Part shown: piece by piece, positions 10,261-20,320 of the stretch | How the letters are laid out: each line of letters starts with the position of its first letter | How positions within the stretch are numbered: the first letter of the stretch is position 1 | NCBI GenBank assembly: GCA_902796555.1 | Contig: CADBPR010000030.1 | Coordinates: 20-64,019, forward strand | Length of the DNA stretch: 64,000 nt | From: an uncultured Bacteroidia bacterium | GTDB taxonomy: Bacteria; Bacteroidota; Bacteroidia; Bacteroidales; UBA932 | Reading direction: 5' to 3' | The notes under the pieces: generated by a model | The model's input: the letters and a program-made list of their open reading frames with translations, nothing else | What the model was told of the DNA's origin: nothing | The model's database searches: none | Translations under genes and position numbers: made by a program

Positions 10261-11402
10261 TAAAGGTTATTCTGCTGATTGACTGCGCCAGCGAATTCGA
10301 CCGGAAGCTCCTGCGCGGGATTGTCCGTTATTCGAATGAAAACGGGCCCTGGCAGTTCTACCGTATGCCGTCCTGGTACCGCTGGGACGAGAACGGGGAG
10401 AAACATATCCTGGAATGGGCCGTCAAATGGAAGGCAGACGCCATTATCGGCCGCTGGAACAGCCGGAAGGCACCCCTGCTGAGCAAACTCGGCATCCCCA
10501 TCGTCCTGCAGAACTACCGCAGCCGCTCGACGGCCTATTCCACCCTGACCGGCGATTACATCGGGACCGGCCGGATGGCCGCCCGCTTCTTCATCCAGCG
10601 CCAGTTCACCCGTTTCGCCTTCTACGGCGTCCGGGGCATCGTCTGGTCCGAAGAACGCCTGCAGGGTTTCGCCCAGGAGGTGGAGCGTGCCGGCGGAAGC
10701 CTATCCACCCTGCTGATTGACGACCCGGAAAACGAGGTCCGCAAAGACGTCACCCGCTGGCTGCACAGCCTCCAGGGGCCGCTGGCCCTGTTCTGCTGCG
10801 ACGACGCCCACGCCCTGTTCATTTCCGAAATCTGCAAAATCGAAGGCATCCGCATCCCGGAAGACGTCGCCCTGCTGGGCGTGGACAACGACGACCTGTA
10901 CTGCGAGATTTCCGACCCGCCGATTTCTTCCATCGAACTGGATGTAGAACAGGGCGGCTACCAGACCTGCAGAATGTTGGACCGCTGCATCAGAGAGGGC
11001 AGCCACACGCCCTTCAGCGTGGTCATCCAGCCCCGGCAGATTGTCCAGCGCAAATCTACGGACCGGCACAATATCACCGACCCCCATGTCGGACGGCTGG
11101 TCAGTTATATCGAAGACCATTTCGCCGAGGATATCACGATGGATGATATTCTCGCGCAGGTGCCCATGTCCCGCCGCAGCATTGAACTGCGTTTCCGAAA
11201 GGCCCTGCATACCACCATCTACCAGTATCTGATTTCCTGCCGGATTGACTGTTTCACCCGCCTGCTGATTTCCACCGACCGTTCGCTGATGGATATCGCC
11301 ATGGCATCCGGCTTCCGGGACAGCAACAACCTCTCCCGGACCTTCCGCAAATTCCACGGCATGTCGCCCATGGAATACCGCGGGGCGCATTGCGGTATTT
11401 GA
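10257..11402 (+). CDS. XylR-type transcriptional regulator (LacI-like sugar-binding domain + AraC HTH)
   Basis: IPEDVALLGVDND..C..SDPPISSI sensor motif; C-terminal AraC double HTH (IAMASGF..SNNLSRTFRK..GMSP.EYR); GTG start overlaps the ROK stop. Confidence 0.9.
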   Translation: MIKVILLIDCASEFDRKLLRGIVRYSNENGPWQFYRMPSWYRWDENGEKHILEWAVKWKADAIIGRWNSRKAPLLSKLGIPIVLQNYRSRSTAYSTLTGDYIGTGRMAARFFIQRQFTRFAFYGVRGIVWSEERLQGFAQEVERAGGSLSTLLIDDPENEVRKDVTRWLHSLQGPLALFCCDDAHALFISEICKIEGIRIPEDVALLGVDNDDLYCEISDPPISSIELDVEQGGYQTCRMLDRCIREGSHTPFSVVIQPRQIVQRKSTDRHNITDPHVGRLVSYIEDHFAEDITMDDILAQVPMSRRSIELRFRKALHTTIYQYLISCRIDCFTRLLISTDRSLMDIAMASGFRDSNNLSRTFRKFHGMSPMEYRGAHCGI

Positions 11403-11421
11403 ATATATTTTTTCGATATTT
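11390..11421 (+). promoter_or_regulatory. Candidate AraC/XylR operator: 11-bp direct repeat at 21-bp period
   Basis: TTGCGGTATTT (11390-11400) and TTTCGATATTT (11411-11421), 9/11 identical, just upstream of the susC promoter. Confidence 0.5.
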
Positions 11422-11446
11422 CCGCAAAAAGATGGAACTTTTCCCG

Positions 11447-11454
11447 TATCTTTG
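11447..11454 (+). promoter_or_regulatory. -7 promoter box (TATCTTTG) of the PUL (susC) transcript
   Basis: Exact TAnnTTTG match 38 nt upstream of the susC ATG. Confidence 0.7.
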
Positions 11455-11491
11455 GGAAGAATATACATTGAACCACTAAAATTCTTTTCAC

Positions 11492-14400
11492 ATGGTACTT
11501 CAACAACAGGAACTTCACAGCAGGGGGCGCTCCTTCCTGGTCCTGCTGCTGTCCGTGTTGCTGCTGCTCCCCTCCTCCCTGTGGGCGCAGCAGACCGTCA
11601 AGGGTTCCGTCAAAGATGAGGACGGGAATCCCCTTCCGGGGGTCGGCGTCGTCGTCAGAGGAACCCGTACCGGTACGGTGACGGGAACGAACGGAACCTG
11701 GTCCCTGCGGATTCCCGAAGGGGGCCGCGAGTTGGAATTCTCCTGCCTGGGCATGAACACAGAAGTAGTGCCCATCGCCGGACGCAGTACGATTGACATC
11801 ACGATGAAAAACAACACCGACTATATCGACGAGGTGGTCATCGTGGGGTACGGCGCCCAGAAAAAGATTCACATGACCGGTTCCGTCGCCGCAGTATCCA
11901 ATGCCGAACTCAAAAAGGTCCCGGTCACGAATACCTCCCAGGCCCTGGTCGGCAAACTGCCGGGCCTGATTACCCAGCAGTCGCTCGGCCAGCCAGGTTC
12001 CGACCAGGTATCCATCCTCGTACGCGGGTATTCCTCTTATAATGATGCCGGTACGGTGCTGGTCCTGGTGGACGGCATCGAGCGCGACATGAACACCCTC
12101 AACCCCGGCGATATCGAAAGCATTTCAGTCCTGAAGGATGCGGCGTCCTGCTCCGTCTACGGTATGAAGGGCGCCAACGGCGTTATCCTCGTGACGACCA
12201 AACGGGGAGACGAAGGAACGGCGACGGTCAACTATTCCGGGCGTCTCATCCTCTCCACGCCGACCCGGCTGCCGCAGATGATGAACGGTGAACAGTATAT
12301 GAAATACTATAACCTCGGCTACCAGATGGACCAGATGTCCGGCGGCCTGGCCCAGGAAGACACCGTTCCTTTCTTCACGGCGGAAGACATCGCCAAGGTC
12401 AACAACGGAGACCTGTCCGACGGAATGGAAAACACCAGCTGGATAGACCCGATGCTCCGGACGACCCTCACCCACCAGCACAACCTGTCGGTGTCGGGCG
12501 GGTCCTCCAAGGTGAACTATTACATCAGCGGGGCCTTCCAACGCCAGAACGGCTTCCTGGACGACCACTACAACCAGCGCACCAATGTGCGTTCCAATGT
12601 AGACGCCCGTCCTACGAAGAACCTGAAAATCAGCCTCAACCTCGGATTTATGGTGCAGGACTACAACCAGCCCGGCGTCATGTCGTTCGCCAACGGCCAG
12701 CTGGGCGGTACGGTTCCGTTCTGTCTGATGTACGCCCTGCCTTTCGTACCGCAGACCTATGAAATGGACGTCGCGCCCGAATACAAGGGCATGCCTACTT
12801 CCGGTATGCGGACCAGCGGTGCTTTCGTGGCGAATGCGGTCTACGGCGCCGCCAACAGCGGCTATGCCAAAACCCGTACGCTCAAAATCGAGACGGCGGC
12901 GAGGGCCGAGTACTCCTTCCCCTTCCTCAAAGGTCTGAAGGCGGCCTTCAACTACAGCTGGGACTACCGGGACATCGATTCCAAGTCTTTCGCCTATGCC
13001 TACAAGGTCATGGCCTGGAACTTTATGGCGAAGACCTTCGACCCGGAGCCCTGGATGTGCTCCAACGCCCTGGAAACCGGCAACCTGGCCATGGGTTACC
13101 AGCGGTTCTACCAAACGATTCTCCGGCCGGAAATCTCCTACAGCGGCACCTTCGGCCGCCACGAGGTGTCCGCCCTGTTGCTGTATGAACAGAACACCCT
13201 CCGCAGCAAGAAACTGGACGGAAGCGGCATGAAGTTCGGCTTCTTCGACATCGTGGAAATCAGCCAGGCCGACCCTACCACCCTGAAATCGTCCAGTTCG
13301 TCCGGAATCAGCGCCTATGCCGGTTACGTGGGCCGTATCAATTATGCCTACGCTGACAAGTACCTGGTCGAGGTGGCGGCCCGTTACGACGGTTCTTATA
13401 AATTTGCAAAAGAGCACCGCTGGGGGTTCTTCCCCTCCATTTCTGCAGGCTGGGTCGTGTCCAACGAGGATTTCTTCAAGGACAACGTCTCCGCCATCAA
13501 CCTGCTGAAACTCCGCGGTTCACTCGGTGAAGTCGGTAACGACAATGTCGACCCCTGGCTGTACCGGAAGAGCTATGCCAGCAACCAGAATGCGGTCGCT
13601 TTCGGGCAGACAGCCCAGTCCAGCCTGTACAACACCGTTTCCTACCCGCGTTACGACCTGACCTGGGAACGGGTCCGGACCTATGACGTCGGTATGGAAC
13701 TCTCCGTCTGGAAAGGTCTCCTGAGCCTGGAATTCGACTGGTTCTACAAATACACCTACGATATTCTGAACAGTCTGGGCGCGGCCTATCCGGGTTCCCT
13801 GGGCGGCCATTACCCGACCAACCAGAACGACGGTAAGTTCGACAACCGCGGCTTCGAACTGTCCCTGCGGCACGAAAACCGCATCGGGGATGTCTATTAC
13901 CGGCTTGCCGGGAACATCTCTTGGGCCCGCAACCGCATCCTCAAAAAGACGGAAGCCGACAATGTCCTGCCTTGGCAGAGTACCATCGGCACGTCCATCG
14001 GGTCCATCTGGGGCTACAAGTCCGACGGCCTGTACCAAACCCAGGAAGACCTGGACAATGCCCCGCAGGGCGTGGACGTCCAGCTCGGCGACATCAAATA
14101 CGTGGACATCAACGGTGACGGCAAACTGGACGGGGACGACATGATTCAGATTGCCCGCAACATCCGGCCGGAACTCATGTTCGCCTTCCAGGCAGACCTG
14201 AGCTGGAAGGGGCTGGATGTCAACCTCCAGTTCCAGGGCGGCGCCCTGTGCGACAAGATGCTCCTCGGGAAATGGGCCAACGGCGTGACCGACGCCAACC
14301 CCCTCACCCGTCCTTTCTATGCCGGCTATGACAACGCGCCCCTCTACCTGGTGGAAAACAGCTGGCGGCCGGACAATCCGAACGCGGAGTATCCCCGCCT

Positions 14401-14680
14401 CTCCGTCAACGGCGGTTCCTATGCCAACAACTACCGCGTCTCCGATTTCTGGATGCGCGACGGGGCCTATCTCCGTCTGAAGAACGCCAGCCTGGGCTAT
14501 ACCCTGCCCGCCAAATGGACCCGGCGCATCAACATCCAGAACATCCGCCTTTCCGTCACAGGCAGCAACCTGCTGACATTCACCCAGTTCAAGTATCTTG
14601 ACCCGGAAAGTCCGAACGCCGTCACCGGTTACTACCCGCAGCAGCGTACCGTCACCTTCGGGCTGGACATCACCTTCTAA
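11492..14680 (+). CDS. susC: SusC/RagA TonB-dependent outer membrane transporter
   Basis: CarboxypepD-like N-domain, EVVIVGYG, DIESISVLKDAAS..YG..GANGVILVTTKRG plug, YLRLKN, C-terminal YP.QRT..FGLDITF. Confidence 0.97.
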   Translation: MVLQQQELHSRGRSFLVLLLSVLLLLPSSLWAQQTVKGSVKDEDGNPLPGVGVVVRGTRTGTVTGTNGTWSLRIPEGGRELEFSCLGMNTEVVPIAGRSTIDITMKNNTDYIDEVVIVGYGAQKKIHMTGSVAAVSNAELKKVPVTNTSQALVGKLPGLITQQSLGQPGSDQVSILVRGYSSYNDAGTVLVLVDGIERDMNTLNPGDIESISVLKDAASCSVYGMKGANGVILVTTKRGDEGTATVNYSGRLILSTPTRLPQMMNGEQYMKYYNLGYQMDQMSGGLAQEDTVPFFTAEDIAKVNNGDLSDGMENTSWIDPMLRTTLTHQHNLSVSGGSSKVNYYISGAFQRQNGFLDDHYNQRTNVRSNVDARPTKNLKISLNLGFMVQDYNQPGVMSFANGQLGGTVPFCLMYALPFVPQTYEMDVAPEYKGMPTSGMRTSGAFVANAVYGAANSGYAKTRTLKIETAARAEYSFPFLKGLKAAFNYSWDYRDIDSKSFAYAYKVMAWNFMAKTFDPEPWMCSNALETGNLAMGYQRFYQTILRPEISYSGTFGRHEVSALLLYEQNTLRSKKLDGSGMKFGFFDIVEISQADPTTLKSSSSSGISAYAGYVGRINYAYADKYLVEVAARYDGSYKFAKEHRWGFFPSISAGWVVSNEDFFKDNVSAINLLKLRGSLGEVGNDNVDPWLYRKSYASNQNAVAFGQTAQSSLYNTVSYPRYDLTWERVRTYDVGMELSVWKGLLSLEFDWFYKYTYDILNSLGAAYPGSLGGHYPTNQNDGKFDNRGFELSLRHENRIGDVYYRLAGNISWARNRILKKTEADNVLPWQSTIGTSIGSIWGYKSDGLYQTQEDLDNAPQGVDVQLGDIKYVDINGDGKLDGDDMIQIARNIRPELMFAFQADLSWKGLDVNLQFQGGALCDKMLLGKWANGVTDANPLTRPFYAGYDNAPLYLVENSWRPDNPNAEYPRLSVNGGSYANNYRVSDFWMRDGAYLRLKNASLGYTLPAKWTRRINIQNIRLSVTGSNLLTFTQFKYLDPESPNAVTGYYPQQRTVTFGLDITF

Positions 14681-14685
14681 TCCCC

Positions 14686-16386
14686 ATGGTCATGAAAGCA
14701 AGAAAACTTATCTATACGACAGCCGTCCTGCTGTGCGCTGCCGCCTGCCAGGACCCGCTGGAACTGGATCCGACCGGCTGGCACAGCGAATCGGTGGTCT
14801 ATGACTCGCCGGAACACATGGACCTCTATGTCAAGAGCCTCTATGCCGTCCTGTATGCCAACGCCGACATCACCGCCGGTTATATCTTCGACGACTGCAT
14901 CTCCGACCTGGTGAAGGAATCCTGGTACGGAACCGGCGGCGGCACGGTGAACAAGTTCTTCTATCAGAGCGACATCATCACGCCGGAAAGCAATTTCCGC
15001 TCCAACTGGGGCATGTACACCTACATCCGCCAGATCAACGAATTCTTCTTCGACAACCACTACGGCTATATCAAGGGCATCGACCCGGAGGTCCTGAAAG
15101 TCCGCCTGGCCGAAGCGCGTTTCCTGCGGGCCTTCGCCTACCAGGAACTGGTCCTGCGGCACGGCGGGGTTATCCTGCGGACGCGGGAGGACCACGTAGA
15201 CGGTCCCGAAGACAAGGCGAAAGCCCGTTCTTCGGCTTCGGACTGCTGGGATTTCATCATCTCCGAGTATGAGAAAGCGGCGGCCGACCTGCCCCTGAGC
15301 TGGGCCGGCACCGACTACGGCCGGATTACCAAGGGTGCCGCCATCGGTATGAAAGCCCGCGCCAACCTCTATGCCAAACGCTGGCAGAAAGCGGTCGACG
15401 CCTGCGACGAACTGTTTGAACTCGGTCAGTATGAACTGCTTCCGGGCAGCACCTACGCCGACTACTACAAGATTTTCACCTCTTTCCAGAACAAGGAGCT
15501 GATTCTGCCGGTCCTGTTCCAGCAGAGCACGGGCGGAGCCACGGGCAAACAGCACAACTTCAACTCCTATTTCTGCCCGCCCGGTGACGGAGCGCCTTTC
15601 AATGTCGCTGTCGGCGCCGCCGCTACCCCGACGGAGGAATATGCCTCCCGCTTCGACATCAAGGTCGGCGATACCTGGGAGACCTTCGACTGGGACCACC
15701 TCGCCACCTACGGCAACAAACCTTTCGACAACCGCGACCCGCGTTTCTATGCCTCCATCCTCTACAACGGAGCCTCCTGGAAGAGCCGGACGTTGGAAAT
15801 CTATGAAGAAGGAGCCGACGGGTTCATGCCCTACAAGAGCGAAGGACAGGACAACCAGCACAAATCCACGACCGGTTATCTGTTCCGCAAATTCATCAGC
15901 GACGATGCCGCGATGAACTTTACGTCCATCCTCAGCGGACAGTACTGGATTGAAATGCGCCTGGCGGAGATTTACCTGATTCGCTCCGAGGCCTATGCCC
16001 GCCTGGGCAAATGGAAGGAAGCCTATACCGACCTGAACGCCGTCCGCGGACGGGCCGGGCTGAACGAAGCGCCGCAAAAGGGCGACTGGGACGCCTACCA
16101 GAAAGACTTGGACAAGGAACGCGTCTGCGAACTCGGACTGGAGGGGCACCGCTTCTTCGACCTGATCCGCTGGGACAAAGCCCAGGAAGTGCTGGACGGC
16201 AAACGGCTGCACGGGGTCAAAGCCACCCCTGTGTCGGGCGGATTCACCTATGAGGTGATTGAGTGCGACCCGCAGGACCGGCATTTCCCTGCCAAGTACA
16301 ATATCTGGCCCATTCCTTATTCTGAAATGACCACCAACAAGCTATGCGAACAGAACGCAGCCTGGGGCGGGACCTGGACCGATTAA
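14686..16386 (+). CDS. susD: SusD/RagB glycan-binding lipoprotein
   Basis: Lipobox AAAC; EARFLRAF.Y, GRITKGAA, RDPRF, RLAEIYL..SEA, ER..ELGLEGHRFFDLIRW. Start may be 14692. Confidence 0.96.
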   Translation: MVMKARKLIYTTAVLLCAAACQDPLELDPTGWHSESVVYDSPEHMDLYVKSLYAVLYANADITAGYIFDDCISDLVKESWYGTGGGTVNKFFYQSDIITPESNFRSNWGMYTYIRQINEFFFDNHYGYIKGIDPEVLKVRLAEARFLRAFAYQELVLRHGGVILRTREDHVDGPEDKAKARSSASDCWDFIISEYEKAAADLPLSWAGTDYGRITKGAAIGMKARANLYAKRWQKAVDACDELFELGQYELLPGSTYADYYKIFTSFQNKELILPVLFQQSTGGATGKQHNFNSYFCPPGDGAPFNVAVGAAATPTEEYASRFDIKVGDTWETFDWDHLATYGNKPFDNRDPRFYASILYNGASWKSRTLEIYEEGADGFMPYKSEGQDNQHKSTTGYLFRKFISDDAAMNFTSILSGQYWIEMRLAEIYLIRSEAYARLGKWKEAYTDLNAVRGRAGLNEAPQKGDWDAYQKDLDKERVCELGLEGHRFFDLIRWDKAQEVLDGKRLHGVKATPVSGGFTYEVIECDPQDRHFPAKYNIWPIPYSEMTTNKLCEQNAAWGGTWTD

Positions 16387-16402
16387 CCGACGTATGCAAG
16401 GT

Positions 16403-18262
16403 ATGAAAAAAACAGTCATTTCCCTTCTGCTGCTGGCCCTCTGCCTGTCGGGGTGCCAGAAGCCTGAATACAACCATATCGTCATCAACGACGATACCAA
16501 GAACCTGATGACCCTGACCATACGGGGTCTGGTCGGAACGGACCGGATGACCGAATACCCCGCCGTCGTAGACGAGGAAAACGGGACCGTCACCCTCTCC
16601 ATTCCTTACTATCTCAGCAGCACGGAACCCGTCATGCCGGACCTGACCAAAATCCGCTTCTCCGCCACTCTGCCCCTGGGCGCTACCTTCGAGCCAGCCC
16701 TTTCCGGCTACAAAGACCTGAGCAGCGGCTGGAAGTCCACCCTGATTTATGCAGACGGCACGCGCAAGGAATATACCTTCCTGGTGGAACTGGTCAAATC
16801 CGATGCGGCCGTCCTGCTGGACGTGGTCCTGGAGAACCCGGATATCATCTATTCCATCGTTCACCCGACCGGCGAAGCCGATGGCAGCGTCACCCTTCCC
16901 CTGGATGACGATACCCGTCCCTTCCTGGCCAAGGCCAAAGCGAAGGTTTCCGCCTGGGCAACGGTCGAGAGCGAGGCACTGGACCCGGCCACCGGCCTGC
17001 TGGACCTGACGCAGGGGAAGGATATCAAGGTCATTTCCCACAGCGGCAAGGTTACGTCCGTTTACAAAATCATCCACCAGGTGCCGGAGCATCTGGAGGG
17101 CCTGCGGAAAGTCAAGCCGCTCTTTGCCTTCCAGGCGACGAACACCGACCCGCACGGCATGGTCCTGGACGCCAACCGTTCCATGGCCGTGGTCGGCGAC
17201 TACCTGATTCTGTCCAATGCGCTGGACTATACCAAGATGCCGGTATACAACCGTATGACCGGCGAATACCTGGGCGACGACCTCGTCGACACGTCCTCGC
17301 TGGCCAATGAGGATCTGACAGACAAGATGTATTTCTGGGCCATTGCATCCGACGATGCAGGCCATCTGGTTGCCGCCACGTTCGTAGACACCCGCAGTGA
17401 TACGGAGAACGGCACCGTCCGCATCTTTGTCTGGAAGGACGGCATCTCTTCCCCGCCTGTTTCCCGGGAATGGGCCGGATTCTACCACTGGGGCACCGGT
17501 GCGGCCTGGGCCTTCTCGAACATGAAAGTCGCCGGCGACGTGACGCAGAATGCCGTCATCGGGACCAGCGCATCCTCCGGCCGGGCCGTCTTTGCGACGA
17601 TTCGGGACGGGGCCAATGTAGCGACCCGTTTCAGCACCCAGATTCATGAAGGTTCGTCCTGGTGGAGTTCCAACGTCATCCCGACCAACGGAGAAGCCAA
17701 TTCGGCCGACGAAGTCACCTTTATCAGCGTATCCGGCAACTTCCGCCAGTACATTTCCTATGCCCCCGGCGCCATCTTCAACCTCAAGGATGTGAACAAC
17801 CCGGACGGCGGCGGTTACTGGTACATGGGCGGCGGACAGTACCAGAAGAATGCCATCGGCGGCGACTGGATTACCGCAGACGGACATTGCCTGCTGGGCG
17901 TGCTGAACGGCTGGTATGCCGGCAGTTCCGACGCCTTTACCAACAACCATTTCTACTACCAGTTAGTGGTCAGCGACATCACCGACAATCCGAATGAAGA
18001 ATCCCTTACCGATGGCTTGATTTTCGCCTCCCGCAGCAGCGAAAATGACAATATCCGCGAAGGAATGGGGTACGGCGTCAACGGCATGCTCTCCCCCTTC
18101 GCCTTCGAGACCGGTTCCACCGTCCTCGGGCCGAACGGATTTGCCGCCAACAAGAGCCAGATTGGCGATGTGGTGTTCGCCAAGAGTTCGGAAAAGCGCA
18201 TCCAGGTCTACGCCCTTGCGATGAACCTGGGCGTCATCGCTTATGAAATATCTTATTATTAA
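16403..18262 (+). CDS. PUL surface lipoprotein: DUF5018-like Ig stalk + ~380-aa C-terminal beta-rich domain
   Basis: Lipobox LSGC; position immediately after susD; C-terminal domain closely paralogous to that of the next gene. Confidence 0.7.
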   Translation: MKKTVISLLLLALCLSGCQKPEYNHIVINDDTKNLMTLTIRGLVGTDRMTEYPAVVDEENGTVTLSIPYYLSSTEPVMPDLTKIRFSATLPLGATFEPALSGYKDLSSGWKSTLIYADGTRKEYTFLVELVKSDAAVLLDVVLENPDIIYSIVHPTGEADGSVTLPLDDDTRPFLAKAKAKVSAWATVESEALDPATGLLDLTQGKDIKVISHSGKVTSVYKIIHQVPEHLEGLRKVKPLFAFQATNTDPHGMVLDANRSMAVVGDYLILSNALDYTKMPVYNRMTGEYLGDDLVDTSSLANEDLTDKMYFWAIASDDAGHLVAATFVDTRSDTENGTVRIFVWKDGISSPPVSREWAGFYHWGTGAAWAFSNMKVAGDVTQNAVIGTSASSGRAVFATIRDGANVATRFSTQIHEGSSWWSSNVIPTNGEANSADEVTFISVSGNFRQYISYAPGAIFNLKDVNNPDGGGYWYMGGGQYQKNAIGGDWITADGHCLLGVLNGWYAGSSDAFTNNHFYYQLVVSDITDNPNEESLTDGLIFASRSSENDNIREGMGYGVNGMLSPFAFETGSTVLGPNGFAANKSQIGDVVFAKSSEKRIQVYALAMNLGVIAYEISYY

Positions 18263-18274
18263 TGATTTAGAAAT

Positions 18275-20266
18275 ATGAAGAAAATTTGGATTCTGTTCAG
18301 CGCACTGGCCCTGACTTTCGGGGCATACAGTTGCCAAAAGACCCCGGAGCAGCCCGCTCCGGATAAACAGGACGAAACCTCGAAAGACCCTTCCAAGGAC
18401 GTTCCCGTCTCGGATGACCCGAGCGAGGAACCGCCGGTGGACAAACTTGTCATCTCGGAAATCTACCCCATCGGTGAAGCCCTTTCCTGGGGCTGGAGCA
18501 TTCCGGGCGCCGAGGGGATGACCGGAACGAACGGCATCTTCACATGGGAAGGCGAGCTGAAGGCCCATGCCGAATTCAAATTCCTGCTCCAGCAGCAGGA
18601 CAATGTCTGGTGGCCGGGCCTTGTGCGGGATCTCAACGCCGACGACCCCTTCGCCATCATCGTCGGGACGGACGACTCGATGGACAACAAGTTCCGCGTC
18701 GACGTACACGGCATCTACCTCATTACGATTGACGCGAAGGACAGCGAAGCCCTCTCGATGACCCTCCAGCTCAAGGAAGAAATCAAGGATGACGACATTG
18801 TCATTACCGAGTTGTATCTGCTGGGCGACGCGACCGCGTGGGGATGGAGCCTGGACGCCATGGAAGCATTCAGCACCTCCGGCGACGGCATCTTCACCTG
18901 GGAAGGCAAACTGCTCGCCGGCAAGGAACTCCGCTTCCCGCTCCAGAAGCAGTCCAACGTCTGGTGGCCCTGCCTGGTCAAAGGTGCGGAGGACGGCACC
19001 CTGGCCATCGGATACGGCGACGCGGACAAGAACAACATCGATGTCCCGGCCGACGGCTACTATCGCATCACGGTCAATGCCACTGAGATGACCTATACGA
19101 TGGAATCCTTCGAACTGCCGGCCATCCAGGTCAAGCCGCTCTTCGGCTTCCAGTCCACGATGGAAGACCCGCACGGAATGACCCTGAACGCCAACTATAC
19201 CCTGGCCGTCGTGGGCGACTACCTGATTCTGTCCAATGCCCTGGACTACACGAAAATGCCGGTTTACAACCGTTTCACGGGCGAATTCCTGGGCGACGAA
19301 TTCGTGGACACCTCCAACTTTGAAGCCGAGAGCATCGACGCGAACATGCACTTTATGGCCATCGCCAACGATGATGCCGACCACCTGGTCGCCGCCACCT
19401 TCGTCGACACGCGCGAAGGCAGCACAGAGAACGGAACGGTGCGGATTTTCACCTGGAACAACGGCATCGGCAGCGCTCCCGCTTCAAAGGAATGGGCCGG
19501 CTTTTACAACTGGGGTACCGGCGCGGCATGGGCCTTCTCGAACCTGAAGGTAGCGGGTGACGTCACAAAGAATGCCGTCATCGCCACCAGCAGCACCGCC
19601 GGACGGGCTGTTTTCGCCACCATCCGGGACGGTGCCTCGGTCAGCAACCGCTTTATCAAGGAAATCCACGAAGGTTCCGCCTGGTGGAGTTCCAACGTAA
19701 TTCCCACCGACGGGGACGCCACCGGAGCCGACGATGTCAAGTTCATGAGCGTATCCGGCAACTTCCGCCAGTACATTTCCTATGCGGCGGGCAGCGTTTT
19801 CGACCTGGCCGACAGCTATTGGTATATGGGCGGCGGTCAGTACCAGCACAATGCCATCGGCGGCGACTGGATCCAGGCGGCCGGGCACAACCTCTTCGGT
19901 GTGCTGAACGGCTGGTATGCCGGCAGCACGGACGCCTTTGCCAACAACCATTTCTACTACCAGCTGGTGGTCAGCGACATCACCGCCGCTCCGGGCGCAT
20001 CTTCGCTGACGGACGGGCTGATTTTCGCTTCCCGTTCTTCTGCCAACGGAAATGGTCTCGAAGGCATGGGCTACGGACAGCAGGGAATGTTCTCCCCCTT
20101 CGCCTTTGAAGCGGGGCAGACCGTCCTCGGACCGAACGGTGTGGCGGCGAACAAGAGCCAGATCGGCGACGTCGTCTTCGCTTCGAACGGTGGAAACAAA
20201 GTTCAGGTCTATGCCCTGGTCATGAACCTGGGCCTGATCGGCTACGAAATCACGTTCAACGAATAA
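18275..20266 (+). CDS. PUL surface lipoprotein: two SusE/SusF-like repeats + the same C-terminal domain
   Basis: Lipobox AYSC, acidic/Pro linker, two repeats Y..G.A..WGWS...GIFTWEG.L...NVWWP..., then the shared C-terminal domain. Confidence 0.75.
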   Translation: MKKIWILFSALALTFGAYSCQKTPEQPAPDKQDETSKDPSKDVPVSDDPSEEPPVDKLVISEIYPIGEALSWGWSIPGAEGMTGTNGIFTWEGELKAHAEFKFLLQQQDNVWWPGLVRDLNADDPFAIIVGTDDSMDNKFRVDVHGIYLITIDAKDSEALSMTLQLKEEIKDDDIVITELYLLGDATAWGWSLDAMEAFSTSGDGIFTWEGKLLAGKELRFPLQKQSNVWWPCLVKGAEDGTLAIGYGDADKNNIDVPADGYYRITVNATEMTYTMESFELPAIQVKPLFGFQSTMEDPHGMTLNANYTLAVVGDYLILSNALDYTKMPVYNRFTGEFLGDEFVDTSNFEAESIDANMHFMAIANDDADHLVAATFVDTREGSTENGTVRIFTWNNGIGSAPASKEWAGFYNWGTGAAWAFSNLKVAGDVTKNAVIATSSTAGRAVFATIRDGASVSNRFIKEIHEGSAWWSSNVIPTDGDATGADDVKFMSVSGNFRQYISYAAGSVFDLADSYWYMGGGQYQHNAIGGDWIQAAGHNLFGVLNGWYAGSTDAFANNHFYYQLVVSDITAAPGASSLTDGLIFASRSSANGNGLEGMGYGQQGMFSPFAFEAGQTVLGPNGVAANKSQIGDVVFASNGGNKVQVYALVMNLGLIGYEITFNE

Positions 20267-20272
20267 TGCACT

Positions 20273-20304
20273 TTGCGGCGGCATCCTGACCGGTGCCGCC
20301 GTAA
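20273..20304 (+). other. Intra-operon stem-loop without U-tract (mRNA stabilizer/attenuator candidate)
   Basis: TTGCGGCGGCATC-CTGACC-GGTGCCGCCGTAA, a 13-bp stem with 2 G-U pairs, at the junction of transport/binding genes and enzyme genes. Confidence 0.55.
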
Positions 20305-20320
20305 CCAAATACCCTTTTCC

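Noticed and set aside
17111-20266. Diversity-generating retroelement or shufflon explaining the duplicated domain
   Set aside because: No reverse transcriptase or recombinase nearby; differences are spread throughout, include indels and are not adenine-specific.
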